DNA of 64,000 nucleotides from Octopus vulgaris (lineage: Eukaryota). Positions 39,498 to 50,037 of the stretch are shown piece by piece (positions within the stretch are counted from its first letter, which is position 1; each line of letters begins with the position of its first letter). Below the pieces are notes generated by a model. The model was not told the DNA's origin and made no database searches. It saw nothing but the letters and a program-made list of their open reading frames with translations. The stretch spans positions 85,312,001 to 85,376,000 of the forward strand of contig OX597817.1 of the NCBI GenBank assembly GCA_951406725.2, written 5' to 3'. The position numbers were made by a program, and so were the translations under genes.

Positions 39498-40243
39498 GAT
39501 TATTATAAATTATTATGTTGGTGTATACAACCTGGATTATGTTTGTCTTAGTGCTTATTTATTTGTTCATATTACAAGGACTCACTGCATATTTGATATG
39601 TTATTGTCAATGATTCTCTTTCCTTCTCATTCCCCTTTTTTCTCATTGTTTGGTTGTTATGCACTCTCTTGTTTCCCTCCAGTGATTATCACTTCCACCT
39701 GTGAGCCAAGTTCCTCTTTCTCCTCTTTCACCATTTCTGTTTCTGCAACTGTCTTTCTTCTTTTCTAAATCTTATCATGATGCCATATGAGGGACAATGC
39801 TCTCATGGGTCCCTAGTGTTTTCTGACATCTGTGTTTTTGATCCAGGTATGTTTTATATATATTTATGTTTCATTTTGTCTCAAGCATGAGTTCTGTTTA
39901 TGTATTCCTAAGCCGTATTAAAACAATTTTTTTATACTGATGATGCTGTCAGATGGAGTACTGCAGATTTTGACATCAAAACCAGGATTTTTGATTGGCA
40001 GCTCAGAATAGGAAGTTTGTTTTTTGTATAGTATGTATTTTCATTCTTTCATTACCATTCTTGTAAGTTTATTCCTATGTATTTCTTTTGTAGTTCTAGT
40101 TTTTATTTTATTACTTTTTATTGATTTTTAAGTAAGGAGTATGGCAGAATTTCATAAAGAAATTTATTTGAGGTAGCTCTTAGTTTTTCTGTATTAGTGT
40201 AGTTTAGTTTTGGGTTTGGTTTTGTTTGATAGTAGACAGGAGA

Positions 40244-40299
<56 letters not shown>

Positions 40300-40904
40300 G
40301 CGTGCGTGTGTGTGTGTGACAGATAGATATGTACATATACACATACATTCGAAAATATTTGTGCATATATATAAACATAGACACATGTGAATGAATGTGT
40401 TTGTGTTTACACATACACAAAAGCTTACAAATACTTTCAAAGTATTTATTTTGCATGTAGGCATGCTTGTTTTATCTTACAAAAATATTTGTAATCATTA
40501 ATTTAAACTTAGTAAATGTTGGGGAACTCCTCTGTTGATGTTAAGAGTAACAGTAGTGTCACCATCACCACAATTATCCTTACTCCATCAACTTCGTCCT
40601 GATAGGCAGTACAACATACTGCTGGGTTTCTGAATTCCCTAATCTGGTTTACTTTCTAATGGTTTCAAGATCTTAATCAAATGACTTAAACTGATTAACA
40701 GACTGAGAAATAGACAGAACGAGAGAAAGAAAAGATAGAAAAAGACCAAAAGGTATTGCCATTTTCTGCTCTCATTTTGTTCTCTATCAATAGCTTTTTT
40801 CTTGCTCACATTTTCCATCTTGGCAGGGGTAGGATGAAACTCGAGGCAGTATTCTATAACCAAATGACTTCCCAGATGCTAACCCTTGTTTTAAAGAGAG
40901 TTTA

Positions 40905-41047
40905 GTGAAGGTGGAGGTATTGTTTGCAGTCGCATTTGTTTCAAAATATCTCAAGAACTGCTGGATGGATTCAGATGAAACTTTCAGGGATGTTTGGCCT
41001 CGTAACTGGCACGAACTGATTAGATTTTGGGATCGATCCAGTACCAG

Positions 41048-41048
<1 letters not shown>
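40905..41048 (+). mobile_element. Helentron/HINE (DINE-1-like) fragment
   Basis: ggtggaggtattgttt..atatctcaagaactgctggatggattcagatgaaactt..gattagattttgggatcgatcc resembles the recurrent HINE core. Confidence 0.5.
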
Positions 41049-41078
<30 letters not shown>

Positions 41079-41331
41079 CAAATTATGGGTTTGTCTGGTC
41101 GGCATTTCACCATATTGTTGGTCTTCTAGATTAATAGCAGAGAGCTTTCTACTTCAAACGCCATAAGAAGATTATGAAGTATAAAGAAATGTTGAATTGC
41201 AAACCTAATAAACTCATTTAAACGTTAAATAATGAGAATAACAAGGACATGTGTGTGTATGTGTCTTATTAACATTAGTTTACTCTTTTGCTTTGCAACA
41301 GGATGAAAGGCAGCTGCTAAAATATGTATCT

Positions 41332-41365
<34 letters not shown>

Positions 41366-41430
41366 TAGCTGAAGGTGACCCGCTCTACGCGCGGGTAAGA
41401 GTGTGGTTGTTACTTTCTGTTGCTTCCTTT

Positions 41431-41745
41431 CAGCACGTAAAAAGCACCATCCGAACGTGGCCGATTGCAGCACCGCCTTGACTGGCTTCTGTGCCGGTGG
41501 CACGTAAAAAGCACCAACCGATCGTGGCCACTGCCAGCCCACCTGGCACCTGTGCCAGCGGCACGAAAAAAGCACCCACTACGCTCACAGAGTGGTTGAC
41601 GTTAGGAAGGGCATCCATCTGTAGAAACACTGCCAGATCAGACTGGAGTCTGGTGCATCCTCCTGGCTTCCCAGACCCCGGTCAAACTGTCGAACCCATG
41701 CTAGCACGGAAAACGGACGTTAAACGATGATGATGATGATGATGA
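41431..41745 (+). mobile_element. RTE family A 3' UTR nested in a Helitron
   Basis: Tandem ggcacgtaaaaagcacc units plus tail; CpGs are retained, suggesting a young copy. Confidence 0.88.
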
Positions 41746-41879
41746 TTCTCCCTTTTTGTTTCTCTCTCCTTTCTCTCTCACTTTCCCCACTCTCTTATTC
41801 TTCCTTTCTCTCGGACTCTCCCTCGCTTTCTCTTACTCTCTATCTTTATATATCTCTCTCCCATTTATAAACAACAAAA

Positions 41880-42418
41880 GTATGCCGAGACCTTTGGAAG
41901 TATGTTGTGCGTGAGAAGACCTGGCAGGACAAGTGAGGCCATAACCCGTGGGCCCTACCTGGGACGTAGTCAGTTCACCTGTGCATACCTTCCTTCTTGG
42001 GACTCATAACTCTACTTGTGAAAACCTGTTGAGGCAAGTGAAAATCAAAATCAAAGAATCAAATCAAAATCGAAATCGATCCACATCAATGGAATTTGTA
42101 GTATGTGGTACCAGTGCCGGTGGCACATAAGAGAACCTTCCGAACGTGGCCGTAGCCAGCACCGCATCGACTGGCCTCCGTGCTGGTGGCATGTAACAAA
42201 CACCATCCGATTGTGGCTGTGCCAGCCTCGTCTGGCACCTGTGTCGGTGGCACATAAAAATCACCCACTACACTAGTTGGCGTTAGGAAGGGCATCCAGC
42301 TGTAGAAACACCGCCAGATCTGACTGGCCTGGTGCAGCCTTCGGGCTTCCCAGACTCCAGTTGAACCGTCCAACCCATGCTAGCATTGAAAGCGGACGTT
42401 AAACGATGATGATGATGA
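41880..42418 (+). mobile_element. RTE family A 3' end nested in a Helitron
   Basis: End of ORF (gacctttggaagtatg..gagaagacc), UTR units and (GAT)n tail. Confidence 0.88.
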
Positions 42419-43883
42419 AAAGAACTTGAGTAAGTTGAGAAATAAAATATTTAGAAAGATCAATCATAAATATCAGGCAGTAACAACGGAAAGGTCTGCT
42501 TCAAGGCAGACAGCAAAACACTAACATTTAAAAGGGACAGACGAACTTGCAAGCTGAATAAAAATAATAAAATATTGGAAACCAAAGTTTGAAGGGATAG
42601 AATCTGAGGATAGTAGAGTCACCATGGCTGGCATTTCTTAACGACGGACAGCAACGTTTTGACAGCTTAACAGCTGGCGTAAAATTTTGAACTTGATGTA
42701 AAAGAAAATCCCTAAACACCAAGTTTTGAAGTGATTCTTTCTCACGACAGTAGACTCACCATGGCAAGCATTCAAAACTTCTTCATCATGGACGGCAACA
42801 CATTGACGATTAAAAGGCTGGCACAAATTTTTTAGCTTGATGTAACAGAGAATTCCTAAACACCCGCTCCTTTAAATTTTAATCCCCTTCCAACCCCATT
42901 TAGACCCCTTTTCACATTTTGGTTAATATAACCCGATTTCATTTGGGTCTACTGGGGCCACATTTTATAAGATGAGGAATTTTGTCCTAGAGGTCACGCC
43001 TTTCATTTGAGGAAAAAAAATAGTTGTCATGCAAACTTGCCAGCACTTTTAACATAGGTCTGCATATTTTCAGCTCAACCGACCACATTATATATATATG
43101 TGTGTGTGTGTGTGTGTTGGAGTCTCTCTCTCATACGTGAGCATTGACGCTGAATTCGACTGGTAAGCAGGTAACGTTGTCTTTGTTGAAATAGTTGTGA
43201 GGTGCTGGAGTTATTTGTCTGACGGGTAATAGGAATTTCCATATCCTCCGAGGAAACGAACTATTGACCCAGACAATTAGAATTAATTTTAATAAAAGCA
43301 TCAATTTAAGAAAAAATAATAAAGTAGTAAAAAATGAAAATTTAGGAAGAAAAATTTGCAGGGTTCTAAATAAATATTAAAATGTAATAGATACGAAAAA
43401 CCTATGTTATCACCAGAACACAAACGCTTGTTGGTGTGTTCTGTTTGTATTTGCTCCATCGGCGCGTTGACAGGCAGACAATAGAATGCGATGGCGAGAT
43501 TCATAATATTTGTTGTCATGATTGTGTGGTGTTGGTAGTGGCGATGATAATTCTCTCTATGAATGCAGACAGATACATAAAAGAACGCCGTTTGACGAAG
43601 TGAAAGTGATGGGAAGGTAGGAAATAGAGTGAGTGAAAATGTGCTGGGAAGGGAAGAAATAGTGTGAGTGAGGAAGAGAGATACATTAAAGAATGGGAGT
43701 GGACTTGTCAAGGTGGGTTTTTGGCCCTAGCAACGACAACTTTTAAGATAGGGATTTCTAACGTAGCCCACGGGCATCGTCACCTCATTTTACATGTCCC
43801 TGTAAATTTTGGAGTCAATCCGACGGGATGTAGTGGCCTTGAAAGCGATCGAAGTGGTCCAAACGCATTTCAGTTTTATATAT

Positions 43884-43947
<64 letters not shown>

Positions 43948-44030
43948 TTTACGAAAAAAACAAAAGACAAAGACAGGTGGTGTACAAAACAAACGGATGT
44001 ATTAGTATAACGCTCAGGAATTGAAAAAGT

Positions 44031-44066
44031 CTTTTACGTTTCGAGCCTACGCTCTTCTACAGAAAG
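44031..44066 (-). ncRNA. Minimal hammerhead-like motif (A6U variant) in a probable Penelope-type terminal repeat (43925-44140)
   Basis: Minus: cttt CTGTAGA a gagc gtag gctc GAAA cg TA aaag; stems I and II pair, stem III is the palindrome ACGT. Confidence 0.45.
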
Positions 44067-44169
44067 GGACACAGAAAAAACAAGGAGAGAAAAAAGGAGA
44101 GAGAAAAATGTGTGTAGTGGCTAACGATCTATCATGGTGACTACACACACACACACATATATATATATA

Positions 44170-45481
44170 TCATCATCATCATTATCATCATCGTTTAACC
44201 TCCATTTTCCATGCTAGCATAGGTTGATGGTTCAACTGGGGTCTGGGAAGCCAGAAGGCTGTGCCAGGCCCAGTCTGATCTGGCAGTGATTCTACAGCTG
44301 GATGCCCTTCCTAACACCAACAACACCGTGAGTGTAGTGGGTGCACTTTACGTGCCACTTGCACAGGTGCCAGATGAGGCTGGCAAACGGTCACGATCAG
44401 ATGATGCTTTTTACGTGCCACTGGCATGGGGGCTAGACGAGGCTGGCAACGGCCACAATCGAATGGTGCTTTTTATGTGCCACCAGCCCGGAGACCAGTC
44501 GGGGTGGTGCTGGCAATAGCCATCTTCGGATGGTTCTCTTACGTGCCGCTGGCACTGGTATCACAGCTACAATTTCTATTGATGTTGATTTTCACTTGCC
44601 TCAACAGGTCTTCACAAGTAGGGTTTGTGTCACAAGAAGGAAAGGTATGCATAAGTGGGCTGACTACATTCCAGGTAGAGGCCACGTGTTATGGCCTCAC
44701 TTGTCCTGCCGGGTCTTCCCACACACAGCATATTTCCAAAGGTCTCGGTCTCAGGTCATTTCTTCAGTGAGACCTAAAGTTCGAAGGTCGTGATTCACCA
44801 CCTCGTCCCAGGTTTTCCTGGGTCTACCTCTTCAACAGGTTCTCTCAACCGCTAGGGTGTGGCACTTTTTCACACAACTATCTTCATCCATTCTCGCTAC
44901 ATGACCATACTAGTGCAAACGTCTCTCTTGCACACCACAACTGATGCTTCTTAGGTCCAACTTTTCTCTCAAGGTACTTACACTCTGTTAAGTATGAACA
45001 CTGATATTACACCTCCATCGGAGCATACTGGCTTCATTTCTTACGAGCTTACGCATATCCTCAGCAGTCACAGACCAAGTTTCACTACCATGTAGCGTGG
45101 CTGTTCGTATACATGCGTCATACAGTCTGCCTTTTACTCTGAGCGAGAGGCCTTTTGTCACCAGCAGAGGTAAGAGCTCTCTGAACTTTGCCCAGGCTAT
45201 TCTTACTCTAGCAGTTACACTTCCAGCACACCCACCCCCGCTACTGACTTGGTCACCTAGGTAACGGAAGCTATCAACTATTTCTAGTTTTTCTCCCTGG
45301 AATGTGGCAGAAGTTGGTCTCTGAACATTTTCAGCGTTTATTGCTCCTGAGCATCTGCCACATACAAAAACTATCTTCCGAGTTAGCCTACACTTGGTGC
45401 ATCTTATAGAGTTTCTACCTACGCCTTTTCTACAGATCGAGCAGAGCTATCTACCTGAAGGCGTTTGTGATTTGCCTGCCT
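44170..45481 (-). mobile_element. RTE LINE family A, 5'-truncated
   Basis: Reverse complement of the RT C-terminal half (CSICRKGVGRNSIRC..IVDSFRYLGD..RIAWAKFRELLP) and the UTR. Confidence 0.92.
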
Positions 45482-45483
45482 TC

Positions 45484-45552
<69 letters not shown>

Positions 45553-46200
45553 CAACCTTCAGCAAAGTAACAGTCATGTACACAACTTGGACGGACACAT
45601 GCCAGTACACGGACATACGTTCACATACACATACACATGTACACACTCTCACAGACACATCTGCCCATTCTCCTAGACACTCACATACATACGTAGCACA
45701 TGAATACAAACATACATACATACCTACGTATGGGCATACACAGGTACATACGCACGTACATGTACGCACACACATACATGGGCACATGCACACGAGCGCG
45801 TATACATACATACGCACAATAGTAAAACATTAGTTCTGTGATATAGAGATAAAAATCTGATAATAGATTTTAGGGTATAGTTTTGGGAGTAAGCGTCATA
45901 AATTCACTTTCTAGCTTCGGCTGTAGGAAGTTGAAATTTGATAGCTTTGTGATGAGTGGTCACTCTACATCCATCCATCGCTACAGGTTTATAGCTTTAT
46001 GTTTTATAGAGTGTATGTGCGTGCATATACACACACATACATACATACATACATACATACATACATACATACATACATACATACACAGGCGTATGTGCGT
46101 ACAGACATACGTACATACACACATGTATGCATACATACACACATACATACGTACATATATATGACGAACTAACTGTTACTTTCTTAGATGCAGCACAGAC

Positions 46201-46250
46201 TTTGTCAGTGAACAGGTCGCGGATTTTAGCGACGAAAATATTTTGACAAA
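46201..46250 (+). ncRNA. Minimal type-I hammerhead-ribozyme-like motif with G3:C8 core, in a probable Penelope pLTR fragment (46190-46331)
   Basis: tttgtca GTGAACA g gtcgc ggatttta gcgac GAAA atat TT tgacaaa: 7-bp stem I, 5-bp stem II, GAAA, palindromic AATATT stem III, UH site. Activity untested. Confidence 0.6.
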
Positions 46251-46331
46251 TTAAACTTAAATGTTGAAGTGAATCGAACGGCTTTTGTGTGTTTCTTAAA
46301 TGGCTTATAAACACCTTCCACACTGCAATTG

Positions 46332-46475
<144 letters not shown>

Positions 46476-47099
46476 CATATATATACACACACACACATAT
46501 ATACACGCACACACACACACACACATAAATATACATGTGTGTGTGTGTGTGTATGCATAAAGTCTATGTTTGCTTACAATGGACAACAATATTATGTCTC
46601 TTGGATATTTTATATGGCAATAATTTTGTTTTTGAATGTTTCTCAGATCACCATTAAAATACAGAAACTAGAAAAGTAAATATAATAAGAGAGAGAGAGG
46701 TGTTCTTTGCTTTCATATCATTGGTATACATATATTTCTGTGTGTATACATACATACACACACATGCACAAGCAAAAGCTTCAGAAAGTTGCTTCACAAT
46801 CCCATGGTTTCAAGTTCAGTCCCACTTTGGGCAAGTGTTTACTGTTACAGCCTTGGGCTGACCAAAGCCTTGTAAGTGGATTTAATAGAGAGAAACTGAA
46901 ACAAGCACATTATATATAGTCTTTTACTCTTTTACTTGTTTCAGTCATTTGACTGTAACCATGCTGGAGCACTGCTTTCAGCTGAATAAATCGACCCCAG
47001 GACTTATTCTTTGTAAGCCTAGTACTTATTCTATCGGTCTCTTTTGCTGAACCGCTTTTTATTATAGAGTTCGAACCTCGAACCTAGCACTTGCCACCA

Positions 47100-48200
47100 T
47101 CTATATCTCTCTCTTACTTTACTCAACTATCCTATTTATATTCTGATCCCTGTCGCTTGTGAGTATGCCCGACACTTTGCTGCCATCTCTATCCTGCTGT
47201 CTCCCACCCTCTCTCTCTCCTTCTCCTGCACTTCCCTCAGGAAGCGCACTTGTTTCTGTCTTCATTCCTGATTTCTCTCTCTCTCTCTCTCCCTCTCTCT
47301 CTCCGGCCGGGTAATCTTCTTCCTCCTCTACAGCAAGATACCTGTTTCTTTCTCTCTGCCTCACTATAACCTTTCATCATCCGACACAAGATCACCTCCT
47401 CCAATGCCCCCTCTCCTCTCAAAAGAGTTTTTTATTTGTCTTGCAAATACTTAGTGACCCTGTCAGTGCAGGTGCCACTTAAAAGCACCCAGTCCACACT
47501 GTAAAGTGGTTGACATTTGGAAGGGCATCCAGCTGTAAAAATCCTGTCAAAACTATCCCAACCATACCAGCATGGAAGGCAGACATTAAATGATGATGAA
47601 GATAATGATATATATATATATATTGGTTTTGCAAGGTACTTAGTGACCCTGTCTGTGCAGGTGCCACTTAAAAAGCATCCAGTCCACACTATAAATGGTT
47701 GGCATTTGGAAGGGCATCCAGCTGTAAAAACCTTGCCAAAACTAACCTCATCTGTGCTTGTGCCATATAATAAGCACTAGGTTCACTCTGCTGAGTGGTT
47801 GGTTGGTGTTACAAAGGGCATCTAACTGTAAAACTCCTGCCAAAACAGTCACAGAAGTCTGGTGCGGACCTCTGCATGACCAGCTCCTGTCAAACCTTAG
47901 TGACCCTGTCTGTGCAGGTGCCACTTAAAAAGCATCCAGTCCACACTATAAATGGTTGGCATTTGGAAGGGCATCCAGCTGTAAAAACCTTGCCAAAACT
48001 AACCTCATCTGTGCTTGTGCCATATAATAAGCACTAGGTTCACTCTGCTGAGTGGTTGGTTGGTGTTACAAAGGGCATCTAACTGTAAAACTCCTGCCAA
48101 AACAGTCACAGAAGTCTGGTGCGGACCTCTGCATGGCCAGTTCCTGTCAAACCGTCTCACCCATGCCAGCATGGAAGGCAGGCATTAAATGATGATGATG
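47100..48200 (+). mobile_element. 3' ends of a related RTE-type subfamily, with an internal 257-bp tandem duplication
   Basis: ggaagggcatccagctgtaaaa motif and catggaaggc..gatgatgatg tails at ~47600 and ~48200; 47639-47895 is repeated at 47896-48152. Confidence 0.7.
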
Positions 48201-48230
48201 AAGGTGATATATATATATATATATATATAT

Positions 48231-48330
48231 CACAGACGAAAATGATCAACTACAAAAGACAAATGAAGAATACTTTACAAAAATTCTAAATCCAAAACTG
48301 GAAATAGTTAGCACCATTACAAAGAAGACA
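48231..48330 (+). mobile_element. Possible Penelope GIY-YIG C-terminal remnant
   Basis: QLQKTNEEYFTKILNPKL resembles the E.YFI....P.LN ending of PLE endonucleases; short match only. Confidence 0.35.
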
Positions 48331-48747
48331 GCTTCCGCTTTATGCATTTGTTGGGAACACCTGAGTTTGAAAAGTTGAAAAACAAAAGTGCTTACACACA
48401 AAATTTACACCAGACATAAAATATTACATATATATGAACTTCCTCCACAAAAGATGGTAGTGATATTCTGCTAAATAAAATTTAGTTTGGTTAAAAAAAT
48501 TTTTTAAATAGTTGATCATTAAAAAAGAATGTTTTTTCAGTTGTTCCAAGTAATTTTTTGCAAAAGCTTTTGAGTCTTTTCTGTTGCAGTCTCAGCTTTT
48601 GAAATTTTAAAATTAAAGGAAAATTTTCAAATTTGGTATAATGATGTAATTTTTCACACTGAATCTGATTTCGTTATTCACTTATTCCAGAAAGATTTTA
48701 TAAAAATGTTACTGAGGTTTGCAATTTGATTATTTTTACCCAATCAT

Positions 48748-49660
48748 GTAGACTGTATGATGCATGTGTACAAACAGCCATGTTACATGACAGTGAAACA
48801 TGGGCTGTGACTGCTGAGGACATGCGTAAGCTCGCAAGGAATGAAGCCAATATGCTCCGATGGATGTGTAATGTCAGTGTACATACTCAACAGAGAGTTA
48901 GTACCTTGAGAGAAAAGTTGAACCTAAGATGCATCAGATGTGGTATCCAAGAGAGACGACTGTGCTGGTATGGCCATGTGGTGAGAATGGATGAGGATAG
49001 CTATGTGAAAGAGTGCCATACCCTAGCAATTGAGGTGAACCTGTGGAAGAGGTAGACCCAGGACCTCATGGCCTATGCCAGTGGTGTAACCAGCCCACTT
49101 ATGTGTACCTTTCCTTCATTGGACACTAAACTCTGCTTGCGAAAACCTGCTGAGGCAAGTGAAATCGAAGTCAAAATCAAATTCGATGACTGGCATCCGT
49201 GCTAGTGGAGCACGAAGAGCACCATCCAAGCGTGATCATTGCCAGACCAGCAAACTGGCTTCTGTGCTGGTGGCATGTAAAAAGCACCATTTGAGCGTGA
49301 TCGTTACCAGCATTGCCTTACTGGCACTTGTGCTGGTGGCACATGAAAAGACATTCGAGTGAGGTCGTTGCCAGTGCCTCTGAACTGGCTCCTGTGCAGG
49401 TGGCATGTAATAAACACCACTTGAGCATGGCCGTTGCCAGTACCGCCTGACTGGCCCTTATGCTGGTGGCATGTAAAAGCACACACTACACTCTCGGAGT
49501 TGTTGACGTTAGGAAGGGCATCCAGCTGTAGAAACTCTGCCAGATCATATTGGAGCCTGGTGCAGCCATCTGGTTCACCAGTCCTCAGTCAAATCGTCCA
49601 ACCCATGCTAGCATGGAAAGCAGACGTTAAACGATGATGAAGATGATGATGATGATGATG
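48748..49660 (+). mobile_element. RTE LINE family A, truncated with internal deletion
   Basis: RLYDACVQTAMLHDSETW..ERRLCWYGHV, five UTR units, (GAT)n tail. Confidence 0.92.
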
Positions 49661-49916
49661 AGACAGAAAAGAGGGTTTCGAAGCTGGCATTTTCAGCATG
49701 ATAGTAAAAGCATGAAAGCAAACATTAAGACAACAAATTTTTATTAAATGAAATGAAAGCAAAGCACTTGACAATGAAAGTTGTAAGAAGTTTTGAAGTT
49801 TCAATAAGTTTTATTTAATCAATAAAATCATGTGAACAGCCAAGTAACTGATTTAAAAAAGAAAAAAGTCCTTTACAAAATTTTTTGCAAAATATTACAA
49901 AACAAACAACCTGTAT

Positions 49917-50037
49917 GTTAGGGTTTAGAGTTGTTGTTAAGGGTTAGAGTTAGGGTTTAGGGTTAGATTTATGGTTTAAGGTCAGGGTTTAGGGTTAGAG
50001 TTAGGGTTTAAGGTTAGAATTGGAGTTGGGGTCAGGA
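49917..50037 (+). repeat. Degenerate interstitial TTAGGG/TTTAGGG-like tract
   Basis: gttagggtttagggttag..ggtttagggttagagttagggtttaaggttag. Confidence 0.8.

Larger units (their letters stand above)
41365..43886 (-). mobile_element. Non-autonomous Helitron with nested RTE tails
   Basis: Minus 5' A|TC at 43886; 3' hairpin acccgc-gcgtaga-gcgggt (41378-41396) 9 nt before CTAG|T (41365-41368). Pairing of the two termini into one element is inferred. Confidence 0.75.

Noticed and set aside
39931-39992. ctgatga..tgtcaga/tttgaca..caaaaccagg, possible decayed hammerhead
   Set aside because: GAAA and the cleavage triplet are absent and stem I is unconvincing; single copy.
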